Shown here piece by piece: positions 34,317 to 43,156 of a stretch of 48,003 nt of DNA (position 1 is its first letter; each line of letters starts with the position of its first letter). This DNA comes from a virus. The stretch is taken from IMG/VR virus record IMGVR_UViG_3300017421_000001, positions 1 to 48,003 of that record; one strand, 5' to 3'. A program made the translations under genes and the position numbers. The notes under the pieces are model-generated. The model searched no databases and was not told the origin of the DNA. It saw only the letters and a list, made by a program, of their open reading frames with translations.

Positions 34317-35456
34317 TCAGGCCTCCGCCTTGAGGGCGAGCGGCTTACGCTCGTCGGAATTCGCAGCCGGCTTGAAGGCGGCGTTGACGCGGTATGCGGC
34401 CTTGGGTGCCGCAGCGTTGGCGAGCAGGGCCGTGAGAACCGGTGCGGGCGATGCCTTGGCCAGATCTTCCGTCAGCAGACCAGCCTCGACCGCCTGATTG
34501 ACCAGGGCGGTATGCTCAGCGTCAGCCTTTTCCTTGTCGGCCTGGGCCTGAGCCTCGAACTTGTCGGTGAGCGGCTTGAGCGCGTTGGCAACGATCTGGC
34601 CAACCTTCTCTTCCGTGAGGCCGGGGCCCGCCTTGGTGAGGTCGTCGACCTTCGCCAAGAGTGCGTCGAACTGCGCCTTATCCATCGCCTCATGCTCCGT
34701 GTTCAGGATAGGTTCCTGAGGTTCATCGAGGGTCGGGCCACCCTTCACAAGTCGCAGCATATAACTTTTAATCTGTTCGATCAATGGTTGTTGTTCTTTT
34801 CTTTCAACGGCGCGCACGATACTTTCAGCGGCCCATGTTATCTCCCGCTCGATATCATCATCAAAGGTGGAGTTGATCACCTCCAGTTCTTCGCCGGCCG
34901 CGTTTACGAACACTCCCACTCCCTGCTCCGGCGTCGCTGCTCCGGGCTGATCGAGCAGGAAGCAATCGTGATCGAGGATCATGCTCTCGACTTCGAACGA
35001 GGCCGTGGTGTCGTTGGCGAGCGGCTTGAATGTGGCGAGCAGCCCGGTCGACGTGTGGATGGCCTTCTGCTGCTCGATCGCGGCTAACACCGCCTTGCCG
35101 CCTTCCGACTGATTGGCGAAGGCCACATCAATCACCTTGTCGAGCAGGACGCGTCCGCCCTCTTGGCGCACGTTCTCGTTGTGAGCGCCGACGAAGCCAC
35201 GTACGATGCCTTCAGGGCTTGATGCCGACACGTACTTGCCGTTGACCGTAGGGTGGCCGAGCGGGGCAGGGCGCCCCTCAAGGCTCTTGTAGCTCTCTGC
35301 GATGACAGACGCGGGATAGCGCACCTTGTTCATCACCACGTTGTCGGGGAGCGTGGCGCTGGGCACGATGATGACGTCGCGACCATCACGCTTCTCGCGG
35401 CGGATCTTGCTGGCGTTGACCAGAGTGCTGACGTGGACGCGGGCTTGCTTGGTCAT
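34317..35456 (-). CDS. Prohead protease/scaffold-type protein (DUF2213-like)
   Basis: 379 aa immediately after the portal (ATGA overlap). C-terminal third is helical and charged, like a scaffold. Confidence 0.55.
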   Translation of the reverse strand: MTKQARVHVSTLVNASKIRREKRDGRDVIIVPSATLPDNVVMNKVRYPASVIAESYKSLEGRPAPLGHPTVNGKYVSASSPEGIVRGFVGAHNENVRQEGGRVLLDKVIDVAFANQSEGGKAVLAAIEQQKAIHTSTGLLATFKPLANDTTASFEVESMILDHDCFLLDQPGAATPEQGVGVFVNAAGEELEVINSTFDDDIEREITWAAESIVRAVERKEQQPLIEQIKSYMLRLVKGGPTLDEPQEPILNTEHEAMDKAQFDALLAKVDDLTKAGPGLTEEKVGQIVANALKPLTDKFEAQAQADKEKADAEHTALVNQAVEAGLLTEDLAKASPAPVLTALLANAAAPKAAYRVNAAFKPAANSDERKPLALKAEA

Positions 35457-36847
35457 TGAGTCACCTCATCAGGCGGAATGTTCTGTGTGGCGGTATCTTC
35501 AGCCATCTGCTGCAAGCGCTCGGCACGATCGGCTAGGAACTCGTCGAAGCCCTCCACCTCGTCGGATGGGGCAAAGCCAGCGGTCTCCCGGATCTCATCG
35601 GGTAGGAAAGCCGGCTCTGCGCCCAGCGAAGAGTTGATCGTCGCCATCTTCTCGGCGCGGGCCAGCTTATCGTCAGGGGATGCCTCGCTGAGATCATCCC
35701 AGCCAATGGTCCAGTCTTTGCGCTCCAGCACACCCCAAGCAACCAAGCGCTCGATGAAGTCGTACAGGATCGGCAGTACGCGGTTCTCACGACGCGACAT
35801 GTTCGTTTGCGCCCACTCAGCGGCATCTTCGGTGCTGGCGCGCTCGCCGGTCACGTTACCGATAAGCACCTTGAACGGGATGCTCATGGAGGCCGCGAAC
35901 CCCTGCACGCAGGGCTCCCAGAACTCCTTGGGCTGGGGCAGCGAGATCGTGAGGGGAGACACGCTGAAGCTGCCCAGCATCAGAGCCTTGTCGAACCCTG
36001 ATTGGAAGTCGTCGACGGTCTCGTTCAGCTTGTCCAATACTTCGGCAGGCGTGTTGGCATTCATGCCACGCTGGACGTCATTTTGCGTCACGCCCTTTGG
36101 AGCTTCGATGATCGGTGCGCCACGCGACGACTTCCAGAAGCCCTCGCCACCAGCGCCCTTGATCTTCTCGGCGTCGGTGAGGTCGTTGAACCCCGGCTCA
36201 AGCGCGGATCGGCAATTCAGCGTGCCATCATCGGACCAAATCAGCACGCGATCGCGATGAATGCGTACCTGGCTCTTCACGGCGTTCTGTGTTTCGCCCA
36301 CCGCCTGTTCGTCGAACTGGAAGTACAGCGGCTCACCGTACGTATCGCTGGTCTCGATCTGATCCCACTCGACAACGGATAGCTGGCCTTCCCATGCGGG
36401 AATGATGCCAACAACACTCTCGATGCCCCTCGCAACGCGAGTGACGGGCTGATCAAGTTTCTGACCATCGCGCAGCAGGATGATAGCCCCAGCATACGAG
36501 CCAACCAGACTGCGGCGGTCTGCCTCCATAAGGGCGCGCCAGAGCTTACGGCGCGCAAAGTGCTTGGCGATTTCAGCTTCTGCAGGGCTCTTCCCCGGCT
36601 TCTCCGACTCCCAAAGCGCCGGCATCGTCTGCCAGGTCTTGCCGATGGTCTTATCAACCGCAGACGCCGCGATGCCCGAGCGCGAGTACATGCGGTGAAA
36701 GTGTTCGAACTCAAGCTGCTCAGGCCAGCCATAGTCGCTGGCGTAGTCGTGCTTGGTGCTTGCACCGTATGCCCAAGGGAACACACGCTTGAGACGGCTA
36801 CGAACCACAGCCGAGGCATTTGCGATCATGGAGCCATGCTGAGACAT
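35453..36847 (-). CDS. Portal protein (DUF1073-type)
   Basis: 464 aa directly after the terminase large subunit. The N-terminal pattern is typical of DUF1073 portals. Confidence 0.8.
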   Translation of the reverse strand: MSQHGSMIANASAVVRSRLKRVFPWAYGASTKHDYASDYGWPEQLEFEHFHRMYSRSGIAASAVDKTIGKTWQTMPALWESEKPGKSPAEAEIAKHFARRKLWRALMEADRRSLVGSYAGAIILLRDGQKLDQPVTRVARGIESVVGIIPAWEGQLSVVEWDQIETSDTYGEPLYFQFDEQAVGETQNAVKSQVRIHRDRVLIWSDDGTLNCRSALEPGFNDLTDAEKIKGAGGEGFWKSSRGAPIIEAPKGVTQNDVQRGMNANTPAEVLDKLNETVDDFQSGFDKALMLGSFSVSPLTISLPQPKEFWEPCVQGFAASMSIPFKVLIGNVTGERASTEDAAEWAQTNMSRRENRVLPILYDFIERLVAWGVLERKDWTIGWDDLSEASPDDKLARAEKMATINSSLGAEPAFLPDEIRETAGFAPSDEVEGFDEFLADRAERLQQMAEDTATQNIPPDEVTQ

Positions 36848-36866
36848 GGTAGATAGTTACGTTAAG

Positions 36867-36882
36867 TTGCGCGAGCGCGCAA
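36867..36882. promoter_or_regulatory. Inverted repeat TTGCGCG-AG-CGCGCAA in the TerL-portal gap
   Basis: 7-bp arms with a 2-nt centre and AT-rich flanks, within a 40-nt intergenic gap. Confidence 0.3.
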
Positions 36883-36887
36883 TATTA

Positions 36888-38393
36888 TTACCGTGTTAGT
36901 AGCCAGCCTCCTTGGGCGTTAGTCTCTGCCAGCATATCTGCGATGGCATCCATTAGCGGGTCAACCTGGTCATCCCATCCGGTGCCAAGCCCGTCGAACA
37001 TCTGCAACTCGGCGCGCAGAGCAACGGTGAAGTCCTGGTCGGCCGGTAGGTGCACCATCCCCGTGGCGATCCAAGGCGCGGCATCAAGCCCACGGGTGTA
37101 CTTGTCGCGGTCACGAGGGATGCCGACCACAGGGACGCCCTTCTTGCGCAGCGACTGGATAAGGCCAGTTCCTGACGCCTTATCCTCGACGTTGAAGCCG
37201 CGCACATACTTGCCCTTGTGCTTGCCCCAGAAAGCCAGTGCGGTGTCGTCGAGCTGAGGCGCTTCCCATTTGCCCCGGACCTGATCCACCAGATAGATCC
37301 CGTCCTTGGCCTTGCCCCAGAGCTGGATGACAGAGAAATCGTTCCGCTCTCCGGTCTTCTGGGCCGTGTCCGCGTAGATCGAATACCACTCAATAGCTGG
37401 CAGCTCGCTCCACCACTTGAACCCGCCCATGTCGAACAAAGCACCTTCGATTGAGACAGGGCGTTGCATGTACTGGCTGGCGAATGTGTAGGCATCAGCC
37501 TTCAGCACCTCGATCTCTGTCGCGCTGTGCTTTTCGTCCCACAGCGGCCCATCAGGCAGACCGTGGACGATCGGTATTCCATGCGTCCACTCTGGCGGAT
37601 ATTCCTCCGAATTGTTGATTAAGACGGGCAGATTGAGATGGTGCCACTTCTCGCCCATGCCGCCGGTCAGCAGGTGCCCCACGAAGTCGTCTGAATGCAG
37701 GCGCTGCATGATGACGATGATTGGCACGTCGTCATGCGCCAGGCGCGATCGGAAGGTGTTCGTCGCCCGCTGGTTCACCGTCTTGCGCTTAGTGACCGAG
37801 AAAGCGTCATCCGGCTTCAAGGGGTCATCAATGACCAGCGCGCCGGTAAAGATGCTGCGATCCATGTACCCAGCTCTAAAACCGGTGATAGGACCGCCTG
37901 CCGCTTTGGCCAGCATGCCGCCGCCCTCTGCGGTCTTCCAACGATCCTTTGCCTTACTGTCGACGCGAATGGTGACCGGCTTTACGGCCTGATATCCCTC
38001 CAATGCGATTAGCTGCAGCACCTTGTCGCTATTCTCGCGCGCCAGATCATCTGAAAACGTTGAGTGAATAAAGCGGGCCTTCGGGTTTACGTGGAAGCCC
38101 TTGGCAATGAAATTAACTACTGCCGCCTCGGTCTTGGTGTAACCGGGTGGCACAGTGATGATCAATCGGGTGATCTCGCCCGTTAGAACTCGGTCTAAGG
38201 TGTGACCGATCACTCGGTGATGTGGACCCTCTATAAAGTCCATGCCCTCACGCTCAGGGAAATACCAGCGCGCGAAGTCTAGCAACTTTCCTTCTGGTGC
38301 AAGGGCTTCTTTTTTCCGTATAGCAACTAAGCCAGCGAGAAGAGCAATCCGTGATGCATGGTCAGAGGCCGAGAGTGACTGGGTCGATGCCAA
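36888..38393 (-). CDS. terL: Terminase large subunit
   Basis: 501 aa. ATPase Walker B-like ALVIDDPLKPDD and a C-terminal nuclease region. Follows terS. Confidence 0.9.
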   Translation of the reverse strand: MASTQSLSASDHASRIALLAGLVAIRKKEALAPEGKLLDFARWYFPEREGMDFIEGPHHRVIGHTLDRVLTGEITRLIITVPPGYTKTEAAVVNFIAKGFHVNPKARFIHSTFSDDLARENSDKVLQLIALEGYQAVKPVTIRVDSKAKDRWKTAEGGGMLAKAAGGPITGFRAGYMDRSIFTGALVIDDPLKPDDAFSVTKRKTVNQRATNTFRSRLAHDDVPIIVIMQRLHSDDFVGHLLTGGMGEKWHHLNLPVLINNSEEYPPEWTHGIPIVHGLPDGPLWDEKHSATEIEVLKADAYTFASQYMQRPVSIEGALFDMGGFKWWSELPAIEWYSIYADTAQKTGERNDFSVIQLWGKAKDGIYLVDQVRGKWEAPQLDDTALAFWGKHKGKYVRGFNVEDKASGTGLIQSLRKKGVPVVGIPRDRDKYTRGLDAAPWIATGMVHLPADQDFTVALRAELQMFDGLGTGWDDQVDPLMDAIADMLAETNAQGGWLLTR

Positions 38394-38799
38394 GACGTCG
38401 CGCCTCCTCGATCAGCGTTGCTGCGTTGACGTCTTCGGTTTGGATCGGCCCGCCATTCTTGCCGGTATGCTCCACCTTGTCGCGGAGGTGGCCGTAAAGC
38501 TTGGCTAGGCCCATCGTGGCGCTGACGGCCGCAGCAGGGGTGCCACATCTCTTGGCGAACTCCCTATCTTCTCGCAGCATAGCCGCAATGCCGTCGACAG
38601 TGACGTCGTGCCGTTCAGAGTGCTGGGCCTTGATCTCGTCTACTCGTGCCGTGATCTTGCCGTTGTCTAGAAGCTCTTTAGCCTTACGATTGATCGACGC
38701 AGCGCTCATCGCGGCAACGTCGTAGGCCTGACGATAGGCCTCAGATGCATTGCCAAGCTCGATATACAGAGCGCAGAACTTCTCTTGCTTCGGTGTCAT
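38362..38799 (-). CDS. terS: Terminase small subunit (P27/Terminase_2 family)
   Basis: MTPKQEKFCALYIELGNASEAYRQAY is the family's N-terminal HTH signature. ATG 38799 forms an ATGA overlap (track: 38823). Confidence 0.85.
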   Translation of the reverse strand: MTPKQEKFCALYIELGNASEAYRQAYDVAAMSAASINRKAKELLDNGKITARVDEIKAQHSERHDVTVDGIAAMLREDREFAKRCGTPAAAVSATMGLAKLYGHLRDKVEHTGKNGGPIQTEDVNAATLIEEARRLGIDPVTLGL

Positions 38800-39011
38800 T
38801 CCGGCCTCGTAACGTCGGCCCACAACATGGCGCCTTTTACTTCATGACCAACCGCATCATACCACGCGTCATCCCATGAACACAGCACGGGATAGCCGGC
38901 GCGAACCCACAGCAGCATGTCGCGTCCATCTTTGCGGTCGATCGGAACAGGCACGTCAAACACGGAACGCCAAGCGACCGGTGCAGGCTCGATGGTGGCC
39001 ATGGCGTTCAT
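38796..39011 (-). CDS. Hypothetical 71-aa protein (DUF551-like)
   Basis: Internal ATG 39011 forms an ATGA overlap with the upstream stop. Confidence 0.4.
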   Translation of the reverse strand: MNAMATIEPAPVAWRSVFDVPVPIDRKDGRDMLLWVRAGYPVLCSWDDAWYDAVGHEVKGAMLWADVTRPE

Positions 39012-39313
39012 GACTTGCCGCTCCTCCAGTATGCGACGGCCCAGGCCCGCATCCAGGCCCGGTAGCGTTGCGCCTCGGAACTCATCTTGCGCGGGTTCAC
39101 CCGGCACGGCAGCACGGTAACCACATGTCCATCCTCGAGCGCGATGCGGTTTCCGGTGGCAAGGCGCACGTAGATCGAACCAGCAGGTGCGAACTCTGCC
39201 GCCTGTGCCACCGCGCGGCTTGAGAGCAGGTGTATGGCATCATCCTCGCACTTGCAGCCGGGTATGCGCTCCATGGCTCTTTCGATCGCATGTGAGGTGA
39301 CATGAAGGGCCAT
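39008..39313 (-). CDS. Hypothetical 101-aa protein
   Basis: Co-directional ORF. No motif recognised. Confidence 0.5.
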   Translation of the reverse strand: MALHVTSHAIERAMERIPGCKCEDDAIHLLSSRAVAQAAEFAPAGSIYVRLATGNRIALEDGHVVTVLPCRVNPRKMSSEAQRYRAWMRAWAVAYWRSGKS

Positions 39314-39314
39314 G

Positions 39315-39569
39315 CTATCCCTCCTTCAGCTTGCGTATCTGTGAGGCGGCGTCCTTTGCCGTGCCTTCTCTCTGTGCGAATCCAAGGCCGTGCTTGGTCT
39401 CGACCCAACATAGCTCCGCCACCTCAGCCGCCTCATCGAGCGCTCTCTCGCGGGCTGCTTGGCGGTGGCGGGCGAGCATCTGTACGTCGGGGTCGGTATC
39501 GTCCAACGGAATGCCCCAGCGCGCTTCTGCCGCTTCCCGATCCTCTTGGGTGATCTCGATCTCGCTCAC
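39315..39569 (-). CDS. Hypothetical 84-aa protein
   Basis: GTG 39569 forms a GTGA overlap with the upstream stop. ATG 39599 is an alternative start. Confidence 0.4.
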   Translation of the reverse strand: MSEIEITQEDREAAEARWGIPLDDTDPDVQMLARHRQAARERALDEAAEVAELCWVETKHGLGFAQREGTAKDAASQIRKLKEG

Positions 39570-39751
39570 AGTCTTAGCTCCGCAATGTTGATGCGCCATC
39601 CAAAGGCTATCGGAATGACCTTCACCCGCAGGCTGTGCCGCTCGCTGAAGATTGGTCGGCACCAAGGTGCCTTGAGCTTGTACATCCGGCCACGCACCCG
39701 GAGCACAGCGTGCCCATAACCCGGGGAAAGGCGGAAGCGCACATACTGCAT
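39566..39751 (-). CDS. Hypothetical 61-aa basic protein
   Basis: Internal ATG 39751 lies just after the upstream stop (track: TTG 39847). Confidence 0.4.
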   Translation of the reverse strand: MQYVRFRLSPGYGHAVLRVRGRMYKLKAPWCRPIFSERHSLRVKVIPIAFGWRINIAELRL

Positions 39752-39756
39752 CTCGC

Positions 39757-39999
39757 TCACCGCTTGTCCCCTTGGTCTTTGGTGGTGGGTGGTTCGGGGA
39801 GAGGCTGCCAGTGGGTGGGCTCCCAAACGCCGTGTGGACCCTTCCAAGAACCTTTCGTCGGGTTCTTATGATAGCTCCAATTCACGATGTTGTAGGCCGT
39901 CCAGCCTTCCCCAATTGCTACACCGAGAATGGACGGGCCAGAGCCGTAAGGTGCTGGCTTGCCCCTCGGCGCGCTCTCGATCGGTTGCCACTCAGCCAT
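39757..39999 (-). CDS. DUF551-like protein
   Basis: MAEWQPIESAPRGK...THWQPLPEPP is the classic DUF551 pattern. ATG 39999 (track: 40203). Confidence 0.55.
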   Translation of the reverse strand: MAEWQPIESAPRGKPAPYGSGPSILGVAIGEGWTAYNIVNWSYHKNPTKGSWKGPHGVWEPTHWQPLPEPPTTKDQGDKR

Positions 40000-40207
40000 G
40001 GTGTGGGGTGCTTTCGTTGGGGGTGGTGAGGGCGCCGTGTATGAACGAGCGCATGGCGGCATAGGCCTGGCTCTGACCAAGCTGCTGACGGTACTGCGCA
40101 TCATCGGTAGAGCCACCGCCCATGATGTACGGCTCCATGGTCTGAAGCAGATCGGCTGACCGCTTCCGGCACCAGTCGTCCATCGCGTGCCAGGCTTCCT
40201 CACTCAC
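39992..40207 (-). CDS. Hypothetical 71-aa protein
   Basis: GTG 40207 is preceded by GAGGAG at about 5 nt (track: 40291). Confidence 0.45.
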   Translation of the reverse strand: MSEEAWHAMDDWCRKRSADLLQTMEPYIMGGGSTDDAQYRQQLGQSQAYAAMRSFIHGALTTPNESTPHHG

Positions 40208-40241
40208 GCCGTCTCTCCTCTTGTGGTCAGGCCTGCTTGGG

Positions 40242-40637
40242 TCACTTGGCGTCAGAGGCGGGCGGCGTGTCACCAGCGATCTGCCGGTCAAGCCAAGCGT
40301 CCAGTGCCTTCACGGCCTTGCCAGCGGTAGGTGTGTTAATGACATCTTCGCCCATCTCGGCAGCAGCAATCGCATAGATCGTGTTGCGCCCAGGAATGAA
40401 CGAGGCCACCAACGCCGCCGCAATAGCGGCAGGGAAGAAGCCTTTGCCGGCCTTCCAACCAGTGGCCAGGCATGGCAGTTTGTCGCGTGCGCCGATGTTG
40501 TCGAAATCTGTCTTAGCCGTGATGGCGATGACAGAGACAATACCGCCGATGCCAGCGCCGACCGCAAGCAGCGTTGCGACAGTGGAAACGCTGCCCGCGA
40601 CATCAGCGAGATAGATCATCCAAGATAGATTGTTCAT
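40242..40637 (-). CDS. Multi-pass membrane protein, unknown function
   Basis: 131 aa with 2-3 hydrophobic helices. Confidence 0.55.
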   Translation of the reverse strand: MNNLSWMIYLADVAGSVSTVATLLAVGAGIGGIVSVIAITAKTDFDNIGARDKLPCLATGWKAGKGFFPAAIAAALVASFIPGRNTIYAIAAAEMGEDVINTPTAGKAVKALDAWLDRQIAGDTPPASDAK

Positions 40638-40822
40638 CGTTCGGTTCCTTTGATGCCTGCTTGGGTGGTGGAGAAGGTGGCGAGGGCGGCGTTCAGGTCA
40701 GGATACCGGCCATCGCGGAAGTTCTGCTCAAGGACGGCTCTGGTAATCCCGTTCGCCACATCGCCAAGGAAGCGACCGTTGCCCTGGCCTATGGTGAGGT
40801 CGATGGTACCGCGAGCCGTCAC
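40634..40822 (-). CDS. Hypothetical 62-aa protein
   Basis: ATGA-type overlaps at both ends. Confidence 0.45.
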   Translation of the reverse strand: MTARGTIDLTIGQGNGRFLGDVANGITRAVLEQNFRDGRYPDLNAALATFSTTQAGIKGTER

Positions 40823-41253
40823 TCTGCCGCCTCGCGCTCTTCGGTGATCGGGTGCTGTTGGCGCCAGTTGTAGCGCTGGCGTTCACGCTCGCGCTCTTCC
40901 GCGATCTCCTTTGTGCGACGCTCGCTCCAGTCCTGGCGATCCACCAAGCGCAAGTTGCCCTGCCCATCCCGTATCCACTCAATATCGTCGCGCTGCAGGC
41001 CGGCGTTCATCTCATCAAGCCGCTGCCGCTGGGATGTGGACATGGGCCGATCTTGAAGCTGGCGACGATGGAGAACCGAGCCGACCAGAGCTTGCAGATC
41101 GGATGCCTTGGGGAGGAACGGACGTTCGCGGACCCAGATGGCAATCGCCTGCTCGAGCGCATCAGCCGGGGCGTCGAACAGGTCTTCGGCCAGCAGAGCG
41201 ACACGTGCAGCGTGAGCATCAAGGTCAGCGCGGCTAGATGGCTCGAAGCGCAA
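40819..41253 (-). CDS. Hypothetical Arg/Glu-rich protein downstream of the replication initiator
   Basis: The track ORF runs to 41391 but would overlap the initiator by 158 nt. TTG 41253 is the first start near the initiator stop. Start uncertain. Confidence 0.4.
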   Translation of the reverse strand: MRFEPSSRADLDAHAARVALLAEDLFDAPADALEQAIAIWVRERPFLPKASDLQALVGSVLHRRQLQDRPMSTSQRQRLDEMNAGLQRDDIEWIRDGQGNLRLVDRQDWSERRTKEIAEERERERQRYNWRQQHPITEEREAAE

Positions 41254-41995
41254 GCCGAGGCGACTGATCAGCGTCCGGATACTCGCCGGAACGGATCTCG
41301 GCTTCTGCCTCGTAGAGCATGTCGAGACAACGATTTCGCCGCTCGCCACGCGATCCGGCAGGTTGCGAAAGGTTTCGGGATTGTGTTCCATGGGGTACTC
41401 GCGGTTCGAAGAGGCCGGTCCAACTGTTCTCAGTGGACGTGTCGAGGATCACGCCGATGTCGTGGCCGTCTGCGAGCCAGCGCTCCAGCTTGCCAATCAT
41501 CAGTTCGATAGCGCGGGGCGTTGCGGGCTTGCCGATACGGCGACGCATTTCGAGGTAGCCAGCAAAGGGCTCGGCAGGGAGCCAGTGAGGAAGCGAAGCC
41601 TTTGCAGGCTTGGCTTTGTCCGGGCGCTTAGGTTTATCGTTAGATAAACCGTTAGTGGTGGTTCTTGGTGTTTTGGGTGCCAAATTGGCAGGGGTCTTGG
41701 TCGTTTTTGGCAGGGGTGCCGGATTGGCAGGGGTGCCATTATGGCAGGGGTGCACATGATATTGCGTGCTGGTGCCGTCACGATGCTGTCGGGTAAGAAA
41801 GCCCTTGTCCTCAAGGGTTGCTAGGGCGCGGCGAACAGTGCGCTCACCTTGGCCAGAGCGGCGCCCTATGGTGTCCACTGACGGCCAGCACTGACGGCCC
41901 TCATCGTTCGCCTGATCAGCCAACGCGAGCAGCACAAGCTTCTCACCAGGAGGAAGGTCAAGGTCCCAGACCTGCGACATCAGCTTGACGCTCAT
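41234..41995 (-). CDS. Replication initiator, lambda O-like (N-terminal winged HTH)
   Basis: LPPGEKLVLLALADQANDEGRQCWPSVDTIGRRSGQGERTVRRALATLEDKGFL. Iterons lie in the Pro/Thr-rich linker coding region. Confidence 0.7.
   Translation of the reverse strand: MSVKLMSQVWDLDLPPGEKLVLLALADQANDEGRQCWPSVDTIGRRSGQGERTVRRALATLEDKGFLTRQHRDGTSTQYHVHPCHNGTPANPAPLPKTTKTPANLAPKTPRTTTNGLSNDKPKRPDKAKPAKASLPHWLPAEPFAGYLEMRRRIGKPATPRAIELMIGKLERWLADGHDIGVILDTSTENSWTGLFEPRVPHGTQSRNLSQPAGSRGERRNRCLDMLYEAEAEIRSGEYPDADQSPRLALRAI
41685..41754. repeat. Four iterons (T/A)TGGCAGGGGT(GC): candidate origin of replication inside the initiator gene
   Basis: Copies start at 41685, 41707, 41724 and 41741 (spacing 22, 17, 17). 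They encode the repeated PANPAPLP/PANLAP linker. Confidence 0.6.
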
Positions 41996-42450
41996 TGGAG
42001 GCGTCCTTGGTGCGCAAGGTGGTCAGCCCAGGCGACATCGGCGCGCCATCCTGAGAGCGCGAAGCCATCGGCGGAATCAAGCCATTCGTCCTCACCGCAA
42101 AAATCAGGGTGGGGCGGCTCATCGCCAGAGATGTTATCTATGGCGTCTAGGAATTCGCTTTGCGTAAGCGGGCGCTCACCAAACGCTTGGCCATAGACGT
42201 CGCCAATAAATGCGAGCAGCTTGCCATCTGTTCGGAACCACTCGCCATGCGACCTTACCGGGGCGAAGACGGAGTGAAGAAGCTTCTCAAGATCGCCATC
42301 GCCCGCAACATAGCCATAGATTTCCAGTGGGGCCGGAGAGCCGGTCTGAAAATTCTTCAAGCGCTGACTTGGATGAGATGAGGTGACGCCGATCTTGACG
42401 ACACCATGCCGCCAATCCTTTGGGCCAATAAAGTAGACGAAACCGGTCAC
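41992..42450 (-). CDS. T5orf172 / GIY-YIG-like domain protein
   Basis: FVYFIG...VVKIGVTSSHPSQRLKNFQTGSPAPLEIYGY...LEKLLHSVF...HGEWF. Confidence 0.7.
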   Translation of the reverse strand: MTGFVYFIGPKDWRHGVVKIGVTSSHPSQRLKNFQTGSPAPLEIYGYVAGDGDLEKLLHSVFAPVRSHGEWFRTDGKLLAFIGDVYGQAFGERPLTQSEFLDAIDNISGDEPPHPDFCGEDEWLDSADGFALSGWRADVAWADHLAHQGRLQ

Positions 42451-42453
42451 GTA

Positions 42454-42801
42454 CTAGCCCCCGATCTCGATAATAAAGCGGCCCGTGCGCGGGGAGGCGA
42501 ACTCGACGACAGGCGTCTCGAAGTGCTTGTCGTCAATGCCCAGGGCGGCGGCGATGCCGTCCTGATACGCCTTCACCGACGAGACCACGTTGTCCTTGTC
42601 TGGTAGCGGCCCACGCGGCTTGGCGTGCACGGTAATGCGGAGGCCGATCTTGTCGCCACGAACGAACGCATTGCGTTCGGCTAGGGCGGCGTAGTGCGCC
42701 CATTGGCGATGTGCCTTCTTTTGCGCAGCGACGGCACGCGGGTGTCCGCGAGAGCCGTTCGGCCACAGAAGCTTGTGCGGGTAGGGAAGATCCACCTGCA
42801 T
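42454..42801 (-). CDS. rusA: RusA-family Holliday junction resolvase
   Basis: 115 aa. PDKDNVVSSVKAYQDGIAAALGIDDKHF matches the RusA catalytic Asp cluster. Confidence 0.8.
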   Translation of the reverse strand: MQVDLPYPHKLLWPNGSRGHPRAVAAQKKAHRQWAHYAALAERNAFVRGDKIGLRITVHAKPRGPLPDKDNVVSSVKAYQDGIAAALGIDDKHFETPVVEFASPRTGRFIIEIGG

Positions 42802-43025
42802 CAGAACATCACCAACTGCTGGTCAGGATTGTTCGCGATGAACTGGGTGCGTTCGGCCTTGGCGTGGCACAGGGCGATCAGGGCAGCGATATGCTCGGCG
42901 CGGGCTGCATCCAGCTTGGCGGTGGCGCGGCGCTGCCGCTGTTCAGCACAGCGCACCAGCTCCTCGCAGCGCTCAAGCGTCAGCGGAGCGGCAGTCAGGC
43001 CGCGTTCGAATGCGGCGACGTTCAT
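42801..43025 (-). CDS. Hypothetical 74-aa helical protein
   Basis: Co-directional. Overlaps neighbours by 1-4 nt. Confidence 0.45.
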   Translation of the reverse strand: MNVAAFERGLTAAPLTLERCEELVRCAEQRQRRATAKLDAARAEHIAALIALCHAKAERTQFIANNPDQQLVMF

Positions 43026-43156
43026 GGGCGACGCTCCTGCAAGAGGTCACGGAACCCGTACCGTTCGGCTTCACGCTCCAGCATGACGACCTTGCGGCGC
43101 GCATTCTCTAGCATCTCAGGCAGACGCCGGATGCGGCGGTATTGCTGCTCGGTCAT
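43022..43156 (-). CDS. 44-aa basic helical micro-protein (below the ORF-track cutoff)
   Basis: ATGA overlaps at both ends. Sequence MTEQQYRRIRRLPEMLENARRKVVMLEREAERYGFRDLLQERRP. Confidence 0.4.
   Translation of the reverse strand: MTEQQYRRIRRLPEMLENARRKVVMLEREAERYGFRDLLQERRP

Noticed and set aside
40819-41391. Full-length 190-aa version of the ORF downstream of the initiator
   Set aside because: It would overlap the O-like gene by 158 nt, and the overlapping part translates poorly. The feature was trimmed to TTG 41253, and that start remains uncertain.
41685-41754. Short direct repeats that could suggest a CRISPR-like array
   Set aside because: The units are 11-14 nt with 3-11 nt between them. 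There are only four copies, and they lie inside a coding region next to a winged-HTH initiator domain. They are iterons, not CRISPR repeats.
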